Assembly (NCBI RefSeq): GCF_003018235.1
Contig: NZ_CP027437.1
Strand: one strand, 5' to 3'
DNA length: 64,000 nucleotides
From: Escherichia coli
GTDB taxonomy: Bacteria; Pseudomonadota; Gammaproteobacteria; Enterobacterales; Enterobacteriaceae
Part shown: piece after piece, positions 26,266 through 37,605 of the stretch
How the letters are laid out: each line of letters opens with the position of its first letter
Numbering within the stretch: position 1 is the first letter of the stretch
Notes under the pieces: model-generated
Told to the model about the DNA's origin: nothing
What the model saw: only the letters and a program-made list of their open reading frames with translations
Databases searched by the model: none
Translations under genes and position numbers: made by a program

Positions 26266-26554
26266 TCTCCGGGGTTTGCAGGCTGCTCAACAGCTCTGCA
26301 AACCCTGCGCCTTCCGCTACCAGACGTTCTTTTTGCCGTTTGGTCAGTTGCTTAACGCGATATTCTGCCCGTAACGCCAGCGAACGATCGCCCACTGGCG
26401 CGGAAAACGCCAGCGTTAGTTCTCCTTTCCCGCGCAGTGCTTTCGCCCCTTTGCCGCTTTGGTGCTGCTGATAGCGGCGTTCGACATCTGTGGTGATCCC
26501 GGTATAAAGCTTATTGTCGGCGGTACGGATCAAGTAAAGAAACCAGGGTGTCAT
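26252..26554 (-). CDS. yhbQ: GIY-YIG domain protein YhbQ (UPF0213)
   Basis: 100-aa ORF with [28 protein letters not shown], a GIY-YIG nuclease-like motif. Confidence 0.9.
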
Positions 26555-26604
26555 CGTCTGCGTCGCATGTTAAGGTCAGGCCCACAGTATAAAAGAGAAC
26601 AGCA

Positions 26605-27027
26605 ATGGAAACACTCACCGCCATCAGCCGTTGGCTGGCAAAACAACATGTTGTCACCTGGTGTGTGCAGCAGGAAGGGGAACTCTGGTGCGCTAATGCC
26701 TTTTATCTTTTTGATGCGCAGAAAGTCGCCTTCTACATTTTGACGGAAGAAAAAACGCGCCACGCGCAGATGAGTGGGCCGCAGGCTGCGGTTGCCGGAA
26801 CGGTAAACGGTCAGCCGAAAACGGTAGCGTTAATTCGCGGCGTGCAATTTAAAGGCGAGATCCGCAGGCTTGAAGGTGAGGAAAGCGACCTCGCACGCAA
26901 GGCGTACAACCGTCGCTTTCCGGTTGCCAGAATGCTGTCGGCCCCGGTATGGGAAATCCGGCTCGATGAAATCAAATTCACCGACAACACGCTGGGCTTT
27001 GGTAAAAAAATGATTTGGCTACGTAAC

Positions 27028-27048
<21 letters not shown>
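26605..27048 (+). CDS. yhbP: Pyridoxamine 5'-phosphate oxidase-like (FMN-binding split barrel) protein YhbP
   Basis: 147-aa [31 protein letters not shown]. Confidence 0.88.
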
Positions 27049-27558
<510 letters not shown>

Positions 27559-27559
27559 A

Positions 27560-28309
<750 letters not shown>

Positions 28310-28381
28310 TTATTCCCAAGAATTGATAGTGAGCGTAATATTCACGCGCTCAATTATCATAACTTATTCCTGGGGAATGCT

Positions 28382-29422
28382 ATGACTGGTCAGTCTTCAT
28401 CTCAGGCGGCAACGCCCATTCAGTGGTGGAAACCCGCGCTTTTCTTTCTCGTTGTCATTGCTGGTCTCTGGTATGTGAAATGGCAACCTTACTACGGCAA
28501 AGCGTTTACTGCTGCCGAAACCCACAGTATCGGTAAATCTATCCTTGCGCAGGCTGATGCTAATCCGTGGCAGGCGGCGTTGGATTACGCGATGATCTAT
28601 TTCCTCGCGGTATGGAAAGCGGCGGTGCTGGGCGTACTGCTCGGGTCGTTGATTCAGGTGCTGATCCCGCGTGACTGGTTGCTGCGTACGCTTGGGCAAT
28701 CGCGCTTTCGCGGCACGCTGCTGGGAACGCTGTTTTCGCTGCCGGGCATGATGTGTACCTGCTGTGCGGCTCCGGTCGCGGCGGGAATGCGTCGCCAACA
28801 GGTGTCGATGGGCGGTGCGCTGGCATTCTGGATGGGGAATCCGTTGTTAAACCCGGCGACGCTGGTGTTTATGGGGTTTGTCCTCGGCTGGGGGTTTGCG
28901 GCGATTCGTCTGGTGGCGGGGCTGGTGATGGTGTTGCTGATTGCGACGCTGGTGCAAAAATGGGTACGTGAAACACCGCTAACGCAGGCACCGGTCGAAA
29001 TTGACATACCGGAAGCGCAGGGCGGATTTTTTAGCCGCTGGGGCAGGGCGCTATGGACGCTTTTCTGGAGTACGATCCCGGTTTACATCCTTGCAGTACT
29101 GGTGTTGGGTGCCGCTCGCGTCTGGTTATTCCCCCATGCTGATGGTGCTGTCGATAACAGCCTGATGTGGGTGATTGCGATGGCGGTAGCGGGATGCTTG
29201 TTTGTCATTCCCACGGCGGCAGAAATTCCAATTGTACAAACGATGATGCTGGCAGGCATGGGAACCGCTCCGGCGCTGGCATTGTTGATGACGCTCCCGG
29301 CGGTGAGTTTGCCGTCACTGATTATGCTGCGCAAAGCGTTCCCGGCGAAAGCCTTATGGCTGACAGGGGCGATGGTGGCAGTGTCTGGTGTGATTGTCGG
29401 CGGGTTGGCGCTGTTGGCCTAA
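28382..29422 (+). CDS. yraQ: Putative permease YraQ (multi-pass membrane protein)
   Basis: 346-aa hydrophobic ORF. Confidence 0.9.
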   Translation: MTGQSSSQAATPIQWWKPALFFLVVIAGLWYVKWQPYYGKAFTAAETHSIGKSILAQADANPWQAALDYAMIYFLAVWKAAVLGVLLGSLIQVLIPRDWLLRTLGQSRFRGTLLGTLFSLPGMMCTCCAAPVAAGMRRQQVSMGGALAFWMGNPLLNPATLVFMGFVLGWGFAAIRLVAGLVMVLLIATLVQKWVRETPLTQAPVEIDIPEAQGGFFSRWGRALWTLFWSTIPVYILAVLVLGAARVWLFPHADGAVDNSLMWVIAMAVAGCLFVIPTAAEIPIVQTMMLAGMGTAPALALLMTLPAVSLPSLIMLRKAFPAKALWLTGAMVAVSGVIVGGLALLA

Positions 29423-29454
29423 GATGTTGGATGCTCCTGAATACAGCACTGGAC

Positions 29455-29500
29455 GGTCCCCTCTCCCCTTTGGGGAGAGGGTTAGGGTGAGGGGAACAGG
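29455..29500. repeat. Short interspersed palindromic repeat (boxC-like)
   Basis: cccctctcccctttggggagagggttagggtgagggg, a motif I recognise as recurring in E. coli intergenic regions; the family name is uncertain. Confidence 0.4.
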
Positions 29501-29543
29501 TCGGCTAAGATGTGAATATTTACTTCAACGACCGATCAATGGC

Positions 29544-30119
29544 TTATTTAATAAACGTAAACGCCGTAGTTACCCGCTTCACGCCGCTCACCCGGCTGGC
29601 AATATCTGCCGCCGCTTTCGCTTCACTTTCAGTCACCAGCCCCATCAGGAACACTTCACCGTTTTCGGTGGTCACTTTCACGTTGGACGATTTCACCAGG
29701 TCGCTGGTTAAGAGCTGCGAACGTACTTTGGTGGTGATCCACGTATCGTTAGACGCTTCGCCCAGACCAATCGGCTGGCCCTGACGAATCTCGTTATACA
29801 CTTCGTTGGCACCGTCTACGCCCATAGCAATCTGTTTGGCGCGAGCCGAAAGTTCAGCGTTTGGTGACTGCCCAACCAGTAGCACTTTGCCCTGATAGGC
29901 CGTGACATTAATGCGCGCTTCTTTCTTAATTTGTTCGTCTTTCGACAATGCGCTGTTCACGCGCACTTCCAGGGTACCATCGTCCACCTGGGTGCCGACA
30001 CTGCGTGGGTCAGTTGCGGCTTTGGTACCTACAGCAGCGGTACCCACTACGGCAGCGGCAACACAACCTTGCAACAGCAGCGCGGAAAGAAGGACTGCGA
30101 TTGGCGATAATGCCTTCAT
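29544..30119 (-). CDS. dolP: Outer-membrane lipoprotein DolP (YraP), dual BON domains
   Basis: 191-aa ORF with lipobox LLQGCV and two BON-like repeats. Confidence 0.92.
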   Translation of the reverse strand: MKALSPIAVLLSALLLQGCVAAAVVGTAAVGTKAATDPRSVGTQVDDGTLEVRVNSALSKDEQIKKEARINVTAYQGKVLLVGQSPNAELSARAKQIAMGVDGANEVYNEIRQGQPIGLGEASNDTWITTKVRSQLLTSDLVKSSNVKVTTENGEVFLMGLVTESEAKAAADIASRVSGVKRVTTAFTFIK

Positions 30120-30128
30120 GTATTCTCC

Positions 30129-30719
30129 TTAAACATCCTGGTGAGGGAAAAGCGTGTTATCGATCAGATCGCACAGGCAATTTACCGTCAGCATATGCAT
30201 TTCCTGAATGCGAGCACTACGATGCGAAGGAATGCGGATCTCCACATCCTGTGGCCCTAACAAACCTGCAAGTTCACCGCCGTCATAGCCGGTTAATGCC
30301 ACAATGGTCATATCACGCGTAACGGCAGCTTCTACCGCTTTTACAATATCGCGGCTGTTGCCACGGGTGGAAATGGCTAACAATACATCTCCCGCATGAC
30401 CCAGCGCCCGCACCTGTTTTGCATACACTTCATCATGTAAGCGATCGTTGGCAATCGCCGTTAAGACAACATTATCAGTATTTAGTGCAATGGCAGGTAA
30501 GCTGGGCCGCTCCGTTTCGAAACGGTTGATCATGCTGGCAGCAAAATGCTGTGCATTGGCAGCGGAAGTTCCATTACCACAACAGAGGATTTTGTTGCCA
30601 TTGAGCAGAGACTGAACCAGCGTCATAGCTGCACGCGAGATGGCATCCGGAAGCGCCTCTGCCGCCGCAATTTGAGTTTGAATGCTTTCAGTGAAGCAAG
30701 CTTTAATTCTTTCTTGCAC
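30129..30719 (-). CDS. diaA: DnaA initiator-associating protein DiaA (SIS domain)
   Basis: 196-aa [30 protein letters not shown]; phosphoheptose-isomerase-like SIS fold. Confidence 0.92.
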
Positions 30720-30738
30720 GCTAATCCTTAAACCTTAA

Positions 30739-31134
30739 TTATGAGTGGTCATTAAAGGCATCCTTAATCCACTCAACCTCATTCCCGGTGAAGGCTACCA
30801 CATCGAACCGGCAATCCACAGTATCAAAACTCCCATTATGACGCGCGAGCCACAAGCGGGCAGTCTGTAATAATTTGTGTTGTTTGCTGCGGGTCACACT
30901 GGCTGCCGCGCCGCCATAAAGCGCAGAGCGGCGGTAACGCACCTCGACAAAAACGGTGGTCCGGCCTTCACGCATTATCAGATCGATCTCGCCGCCACGC
31001 TCGTTCACGTTAGCGGCGATAAACCGCAGTCCTTTGCCTTCCAGCCAGCGACGCGCTTGTGCTTCCCACGCATCGCCGGTCTGTTTGGTGGTTAACTGGC
31101 GGGGACTACCTGACCTTGTTGGTACTGTAGCCAT
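30739..31134 (-). CDS. yraN: UPF0102 protein YraN (endonuclease-like fold)
   Basis: 131-aa ORF; overlaps the lpoA 5' end as in E. coli. Confidence 0.9.
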   Translation of the reverse strand: MATVPTRSGSPRQLTTKQTGDAWEAQARRWLEGKGLRFIAANVNERGGEIDLIMREGRTTVFVEVRYRRSALYGGAAASVTRSKQHKLLQTARLWLARHNGSFDTVDCRFDVVAFTGNEVEWIKDAFNDHS

Positions 31135-33128
31135 GATAACTTCCTGTTAATTACGCAATCCGGGTTAGCCGTCAGACTTCCGGTATTACCGTTGATTTCA
31201 AAACCCTGAACCTGGCGCATTTGTGAGAAATGATTTGCCAACGACCAGGCATCGACGCCCATCGCATACATGCGAGCCAGCGAATAATCGTTGTTCACCG
31301 CGCTGAGCGCCTGCTGCATTAACGGCAGATTACCGCCTGCCAGCATCGGGATTTCGCTGTACTGCAAGCCTTCCATCTCCAGACGGAAATCCGGGCCTGC
31401 GGTGCCTTGTGCGCTGCGGGAACTGGCGTACAGCGTTGCACCGCTCTGGCTACCGTTACGCATGGCGATCATCGGTTTGATAAAAGCGATTTCACCCGGC
31501 GTTGCCACAATGTACACCGCATCGACACGACCGCCATTATTGGTGAACTGGTCATCGGTTGGCGTGGTTTGCAACGTTGGATTGTTGGTTGTCATGCCGG
31601 AGTCGGTTGTTTCTCTGGGAGTAATCGGGCTACCCGTTAAAGCGATACCCGAACCGCCGTTAACACCCGCGCGTAATTCGCTGGTGGAACCAAATTTTTG
31701 TTGCAGAACGGTGCCGCCACCCAGTTTCTGCCACTCTTGCGCAAACGCATTGGCTACGCGATCGCCCAATGAACTACGTGGGATCAGCACCAGCGGCGCT
31801 TGTTTACCCTGGTCACGAATATGACGCGCTGCATCGCGCGCTTCGTCTTCTGGTGAAAGCGCGAAGTAACAAATATTGACGCGGTTTTCGATATTCTCCG
31901 GCTGGTTCAGTGCCAGCACGTTCAGCGGGGTGTTGCTCTTCAGCAACTCTTCAACGTTATTTTTCAGCAACGGACCGACCACAATACTCGCGCCATCTTG
32001 TTGGACCTGGCTTAAGATCTGGCTAAGTGGTTGTGATGATGTATCGTAGATTTTCAGCTCTGCGGATGGATTCGCGGGTGCGCTTACCGCTGCGGTGGTT
32101 GCCGCCGGGGCGCTTACAGGCACCGGCTGGGCCGCAGGTTGTTCACCGGTCAGATCGCTAACCGAGGCTTGTGCCGGGCTGGCAACGCCATCCACGGTTT
32201 GCGGCTGAGGTTGTTCTGCTACGTCTGCGGCAGGTGCGGCAGCTACCTGAGCCGCCACTGGCTGAGTGCCGATATTTTTCGCCGCTTCAAAGCCTTGCTG
32301 AATAGTGCGACCAAATACCGCTGCCTGGCCATTCAGTGGCAAAAGCAGGGCGATTTTGTTGGTCGATGCGGGTTTAAACGCTTTTACGTTAACCAACTGC
32401 GTTGGCAGCATTTTCGCGCCCGGGTTGTTCGGATAACGTTTCTGCCAGTCGGCGATCCCGGCTTTCATCATGTCGGGATCGTTACGGTTATCAAACCAGA
32501 TGCGCTGCAGATCCAACCAGCCTTGCAGAATATTTTCGTCGGCATTGATCACCAGCGTATTCGCCTGTTCCTGAGTCATGGAGGAGAGCGCCTGCCAGGT
32601 GGCGTCAATATTCTGCTGCTTTTCTTTCGCACCGAGCAGCGGTTCCTGAGCAATTAACGCGCGCAGTAAATCAATGGAAGGACGCCCCTGGCTGGCATCG
32701 ATTTTTGCCTGCCAGTAACGCGCTTGCTGGTTTTGTTCTAAATCTGCAGGTGTGATTTTCGCCAGCAAGTTTTGCGCGCCAGCAAAATCTTTCTGCGCCA
32801 GTTTAATCTCTGCCGCCAGCAGTGTTTTCTCGCGACGCTGAGAATCGTTCAGTTCTTGCGGTAGTTGGTTAAACAACTCCACCGCCTGTCCGGTTTTACC
32901 TTCTTTCACCAGTGCACGAATGGCGAGTAATTGCCAGTTGATCCTGGTATCATCAGAACTTTGCTGCATCTGTTGCAGGTAAAAGGCAGAATCAGCCTGC
33001 GCCGTGCCCTGCATATAAGCAGTGGACTGATCGGGAGTATGGGTGCCACAACCGGCGAAAATCAGGGCTGCCAGAACAACAGGCAGACAACGCGCGGCTT
33101 TCAAACGAGAAAATGTTGAGGGTACCAT
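31092..33128 (-). CDS. lpoA: Penicillin-binding protein activator LpoA (YraM)
   Basis: 678-aa ORF; lipoprotein signal [10 protein letters not shown]; TPR-like N-domain and periplasmic-binding-protein-like C-domain. Confidence 0.93.
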   Translation of the reverse strand: MVPSTFSRLKAARCLPVVLAALIFAGCGTHTPDQSTAYMQGTAQADSAFYLQQMQQSSDDTRINWQLLAIRALVKEGKTGQAVELFNQLPQELNDSQRREKTLLAAEIKLAQKDFAGAQNLLAKITPADLEQNQQARYWQAKIDASQGRPSIDLLRALIAQEPLLGAKEKQQNIDATWQALSSMTQEQANTLVINADENILQGWLDLQRIWFDNRNDPDMMKAGIADWQKRYPNNPGAKMLPTQLVNVKAFKPASTNKIALLLPLNGQAAVFGRTIQQGFEAAKNIGTQPVAAQVAAAPAADVAEQPQPQTVDGVASPAQASVSDLTGEQPAAQPVPVSAPAATTAAVSAPANPSAELKIYDTSSQPLSQILSQVQQDGASIVVGPLLKNNVEELLKSNTPLNVLALNQPENIENRVNICYFALSPEDEARDAARHIRDQGKQAPLVLIPRSSLGDRVANAFAQEWQKLGGGTVLQQKFGSTSELRAGVNGGSGIALTGSPITPRETTDSGMTTNNPTLQTTPTDDQFTNNGGRVDAVYIVATPGEIAFIKPMIAMRNGSQSGATLYASSRSAQGTAGPDFRLEMEGLQYSEIPMLAGGNLPLMQQALSAVNNDYSLARMYAMGVDAWSLANHFSQMRQVQGFEINGNTGSLTANPDCVINRKLSWLQYQQGQVVPAS

Positions 33129-33191
33129 AATGTATCCAGTGATATTTTTTTACGCAATGCTCAATATTAAATCGGCAATACGGACGACACA

Positions 33192-34055
33192 ATGAAACAA
33201 CACCAATCGGCGGATAATTCTCAGGGCCAGCTTTACATTGTACCGACGCCAATCGGCAATCTGGCGGATATCACCCAGCGTGCGTTGGAGGTATTACAGG
33301 CCGTTGATCTGATTGCCGCCGAGGATACGCGTCACACCGGTTTATTGCTGCAACATTTTGGGATTAATGCTCGGTTGTTTGCGCTGCACGACCATAACGA
33401 ACAACAAAAAGCCGAAACGCTGCTGGCGAAGCTGCAAGAGGGGCAAAACATTGCGCTGGTTTCCGATGCCGGAACGCCGCTAATTAACGATCCTGGCTAC
33501 CATCTGGTGCGTACCTGCCGTGAAGCGGGGATTCGCGTGGTGCCGCTACCCGGGCCGTGTGCTGCTATCACTGCGTTAAGCGCCGCGGGTTTACCATCCG
33601 ATCGTTTTTGTTATGAAGGCTTTTTACCTGCCAAATCAAAAGGCCGCCGTGATGCGCTAAAAGCCATTGAAGCGGAGCCGCGCACGCTGATTTTTTATGA
33701 ATCTACCCACCGTCTGTTAGATAGCCTGGAAGATATCGTTGCGGTATTAGGCGAATCCCGCTACGTGGTTCTGGCGCGTGAGCTAACCAAAACCTGGGAA
33801 ACCATTCACGGCGCGCCCGTTGGCGAGCTGCTGGCGTGGGTAAAAGAAGATGAAAACCGTCGCAAAGGCGAAATGGTGCTGATTGTCGAAGGCCATAAAG
33901 CGCAGGAAGATGACCTGCCTGCTGATGCCCTGCGCACGCTGGCGCTGCTACAGGCAGAACTGCCGCTGAAAAAAGCGGCGGCGCTGGCCGCAGAAATTCA
34001 CGGCGTGAAAAAAAATGCGCTGTATAAGTATGCGCTGGAGCAGCAGGGAGAGTGA
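33192..34055 (+). CDS. rsmI: 16S rRNA C1402 2'-O-methyltransferase RsmI
   Basis: 287-aa ORF; tetrapyrrole-methylase-like motif [15 protein letters not shown]. Confidence 0.93.
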   Translation: MKQHQSADNSQGQLYIVPTPIGNLADITQRALEVLQAVDLIAAEDTRHTGLLLQHFGINARLFALHDHNEQQKAETLLAKLQEGQNIALVSDAGTPLINDPGYHLVRTCREAGIRVVPLPGPCAAITALSAAGLPSDRFCYEGFLPAKSKGRRDALKAIEAEPRTLIFYESTHRLLDSLEDIVAVLGESRYVVLARELTKTWETIHGAPVGELLAWVKEDENRRKGEMVLIVEGHKAQEDDLPADALRTLALLQAELPLKKAAALAAEIHGVKKNALYKYALEQQGE

Positions 34056-34158
34056 TATCTCTCCGTGGCCCCGTTTGAAGAACCCATGGGCCGCCTGCTA
34101 AACAATCAGTCTTTTTAGTGAATACCGCCGTAAATCCTCGCTCCGTGCGGACTGACCA

Positions 34159-35115
34159 TCAGGGAGCTAGTTGCGTGGTATAGTTGGCAGCGACCCAACG
34201 ATAACCCTTGCTGTTGCTTTTAACATGCCCCAGGCCAGGGAATGAGATATGGGCAGCTGCCACCCAGTAACCACCCTGAGCCGCATGTTTTAATACTCGC
34301 TCACGGGTTTTTACCGCTTGCTGTTGATCCACATCGAAATGTATCGCCACGTGAGGATCCGGCATCTGCACTGCTTTGGCATGAATAATATCACCCCACA
34401 ACACTAGCGTCTGGCCTTCACTCTCCACTGTGTACATCACGCTTCCAGGTGTATGGCCGGCCGTTGAGGTGGCCGTAATGTCTGCAAATACCGTTGCCGG
34501 TGCGATAAAGGTTTTCAGCTGACCTGCGTTGATCACTGGGCGGATGGTCTGCTCCGATTCGACAAAGGTGTGCTTCTGACTCTCTTCTACTTTCGAGGCA
34601 TTCGCCGGATTAAGCCAGAAATCCGCATCTTTCTGCTCAACGAATACCTGGGCGTTAGGGAAAGCTGGTTTGCCCTGACGGGAGATGCCACCAGAGTGGT
34701 CGGCATGAATATGCGTCAGCAGCACGGCATCAATGGTTTCAGCCGGATAGCCAGCAGCTGCCAGGTTCTCAAGCAGTTGGCCTCCATTGTTGCCAAACAG
34801 ATCGCCCGCACCGGCATCAATCAACACGCGTTGCTGACCATTATCAATAACAAATGCATTGATTGAAGTCTCCGTATGGGGTGTCAGAGAATCCTTTGCC
34901 AGTTGCTGGCGCAGTTTATCGGCAGGAATGTGGGTGAGTAATTTATCTAGCGGAATTGTCACCGTGCCGTCGGAGACGGCGGTAATACGTAGTTTGCCCA
35001 ATATCATGCGGTAATAGCCCGGTGCTTGTGTATCAGGAGGGGGCACAGGTATAGGCGTTGCTAACGCATTTACGGAGAGTACCAGTGAGGTCACCAGAGT
35101 CAGCAAAAGTTTCAT
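34159..35115 (-). CDS. Secreted metallo-beta-lactamase-fold hydrolase (function unassigned)
   Basis: 318-aa ORF; N-terminal signal peptide MKLLLTLVTSLVLSVNALA; MBL zinc motif THIHADHSGG (HxHxDH); divergent from the LysR-type gene. Confidence 0.8.
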   Translation of the reverse strand: MKLLLTLVTSLVLSVNALATPIPVPPPDTQAPGYYRMILGKLRITAVSDGTVTIPLDKLLTHIPADKLRQQLAKDSLTPHTETSINAFVIDNGQQRVLIDAGAGDLFGNNGGQLLENLAAAGYPAETIDAVLLTHIHADHSGGISRQGKPAFPNAQVFVEQKDADFWLNPANASKVEESQKHTFVESEQTIRPVINAGQLKTFIAPATVFADITATSTAGHTPGSVMYTVESEGQTLVLWGDIIHAKAVQMPDPHVAIHFDVDQQQAVKTRERVLKHAAQGGYWVAAAHISFPGLGHVKSNSKGYRWVAANYTTQLAP

Positions 35116-35196
35116 TCTATCCTCGATAAGTTCTGTTATTACAGTACGGGCACCAGTATCCTTTTGCGGATAACATCATTCAAATTGATTAATATA

Positions 35197-36132
35197 ATGA
35201 ACTCTATCAGAGAAAATGATTTAAACCGGGTCGACCTCAACCTGCTAATCGTGTTCCTGGTGCTACATCGAGAGGGGGAGCGTTTCACGTGCAGCCAACA
35301 AGTTACACTTGGGGCAGCCAGCAGTCAGTGGCGCGCTGGCACGGCTGAGAGAAATGTTTAACGACCCGTTATTTGTGCGCACGGCAAAGGGGATGGCACC
35401 GACACCACGTGCACAAGATCTGGTTACGGCACTACTGCCGGTGATGGATCAAATGCAGCAGGTGATTTTTCAAAGGCCAGTTTTTACCCCAGAACAGGAT
35501 CAGCATACGTTTCGCCTGGGGATGAGTGACTGGGTCGAACGCTGGCTGATGCCTGGAATGATGGCAGATATAGCCCAAATGGCACCCGGGATTCGCTTAC
35601 AAGTCACGGCATCCGATCCTTTCCAGGATGGCGAAAAAGTGCAACAGGATAAGGTGGACGTAGCAATCTCCGTCGTGGAGCAGGTGCCCGCCGGAGTGGA
35701 ACGAGAAGTGATCACTCAAATGGGTTTTTGTACGATGTGGCATCCGCTCCAGTTATCTATCACTTCACCGTTAACCCTTGATGTATATACTGAAACCGAC
35801 CATCTTTTGGTCTCTTATCGCGGTGCAAGCAGTAGCTCTATCGATCTGATTTTGGCTGACTGCGGGCGTGGGAAGTGCGTTACGTCACGCCAAATTTCTC
35901 ATCGTTACCGTTGATGTTGAGACAGATACCGGCTTTAGCGACCGTACCGCAGGGGCTGGCAGAAGGTTGGGTAGCCGATTATGGGTTGCAATTTGCCGAT
36001 GTCCCACTCGAGGTTCCTGCTTTTACGCTCTCTCTACTCTGGAATAAGCGGCGTAATAATGATGAGGCGCTGCGCTGGTTACTAGAGAAATTACGTGCAC
36101 GAATGCAGGGCTGGGAGATGTTTTCAGAATGA
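35197..36132 (+). pseudogene. LysR-family transcriptional regulator interrupted by two frameshifts
   Basis: Three consecutive ORFs carry the pieces of one LysR protein: HTH in frame 1 (35164..35361), substrate-binding domain in frame 2 (35309..35914), C-terminus back in frame 1 (35875..36132); the first shift coincides with a G-run at 35311-35314. Confidence 0.65.
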
Positions 36133-36384
36133 GTTTGAAAACGTAACAATGTGAACAGAAAATAAGGGCTTTCTAAATTAAATAATTCCTGTTGAATATC
36201 ATCGTTAGCGACAACATCATCCACGACTACCAGCAGATTTGCACCGATGGTGGATGTTCAGGTCACGCCAACCTGGCCATGAACCAGAAGGTTATCAATA
36301 CGGGTTAAGAGAATATTGAGTAATGTCATAGTCTTATCTCCTGTTATCCTTGTCGCCTTTCATTTTTCGTTCTTTTGGCGGCAA

Positions 36385-36413
36385 TAAAAAAGGCAGATAA
36401 TTAATTATCTGCC
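36385..36413 (-). terminator. Rho-independent terminator of the PTS/C-S lyase operon
   Basis: Hairpin ggcagataattaattatctgcc followed by a T-run on the minus strand. Confidence 0.55.
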
Positions 36414-36420
36414 CTGTGGT

Positions 36421-37593
36421 TTATGCGATTTTTTGCATCCTTTCTAATGCTTGTTCAAGCCAGTATCTTTGGGTGCCGAAGTTTAAACGTAAGTAGTTTT
36501 CACCGTTTTGCACATAATGGCTGCCATCTTCAATAATGACTCCAGCGTTGCGGGCAAAATGATTGACCCATTCGGTCGCGGAGCGTCCACTTTCACTGAC
36601 ATCAATCCATGCCAGATATGACGATTCTGGTGTCATCATTTTCCATTCAGGAAAATGCGTCTTGAGGGCATCATTAAGCCAGTGGGAGTTATTGCGTAAA
36701 TAGATATTTAATGCATCCAGCCACGGTCTTGCATGCTGATAAGCCAGTGTAATTCCCCAAACGCCAAAAATATTCGGCGAAGTGATTGAGTTCATTTCCA
36801 GTCTCTGGCGAAAACGCTGCCTCAATCCTTTATTCGGAATGACTGAGTAAGATGTTTTCAGTCCCCCTAGGTTAAAGGCTTTATTTGGTGATGTTAGCAG
36901 GACCAGATTATCGTGATCGGCACATCCGGTAGCCAGGCAACTGACAAACTCGCCTTCCAGCAGGTGCTCGGCATGGACTTCATCCACGACCAGAATGACG
37001 CCGTAACGTTTACATAAGTCCGAAACCTGGCGAATCTCATCTGCCGTCCAGATTCGCCCGGAAGGGTTATGTGGAGAGCAGAAAAACCATAGTTTAGGTT
37101 TATGAAGTTTAAGCTGATCTTCAACCAGCGAAAAATCCAGTTGATAACGGTTATCCGCAATGCTTAACGGATTTGCCAGCACTTTAACCCCCTGGCGCTC
37201 TGTTGCCATGGCAAAAGGGTCATAGACTGGCGTATTCATCATGACGCTATCGCCCGGCTGGCAGAACGCCTGAACCATATAGTGCAGCGTTGAGACAGTA
37301 CCATAGGTTAGGGTGATCCAATTCTGCTCGATACTTACGTGGTGACGATCGCGCTGGAAGCCTATCACGGCCTCATAAAACTCATTAAAGGCGTATGTGT
37401 AGCCGAAAGTTCCGTGCTCAACAATCCGTTGAAAACCGTCAATTACCGCTGGTGGCGAAGTAAAATCCATATCAGCGATCCAAAGAGGGATAAAATCTTC
37501 TGCAACCGCACCGAAGCGTGAGCAGACAAACTGATGATCCCATTTGCGGCACTTGTCGCTTTTACGCTCGATAATTCTATCGAAATCGAACAT
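36421..37593 (-). CDS. PLP-dependent C-S lyase (MalY/PatB-family class I/II aminotransferase fold)
   Basis: 390-aa ORF resembling MalY/PatB cystathionine beta-lyases (..LLTSPNKAFNLGGLK.. PLP-lysine region); clearly diverged from K-12 MalY, so a paralogue. Confidence 0.85.
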   Translation of the reverse strand: MFDFDRIIERKSDKCRKWDHQFVCSRFGAVAEDFIPLWIADMDFTSPPAVIDGFQRIVEHGTFGYTYAFNEFYEAVIGFQRDRHHVSIEQNWITLTYGTVSTLHYMVQAFCQPGDSVMMNTPVYDPFAMATERQGVKVLANPLSIADNRYQLDFSLVEDQLKLHKPKLWFFCSPHNPSGRIWTADEIRQVSDLCKRYGVILVVDEVHAEHLLEGEFVSCLATGCADHDNLVLLTSPNKAFNLGGLKTSYSVIPNKGLRQRFRQRLEMNSITSPNIFGVWGITLAYQHARPWLDALNIYLRNNSHWLNDALKTHFPEWKMMTPESSYLAWIDVSESGRSATEWVNHFARNAGVIIEDGSHYVQNGENYLRLNFGTQRYWLEQALERMQKIA

Positions 37594-37605
37594 TTTTAAC
37601 TCCTG

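Noticed and set aside
28397-29007. Several Arg/Pro-rich ORFs antisense to yraQ
   Set aside because: Shadow ORFs in a GC-rich membrane-protein gene.
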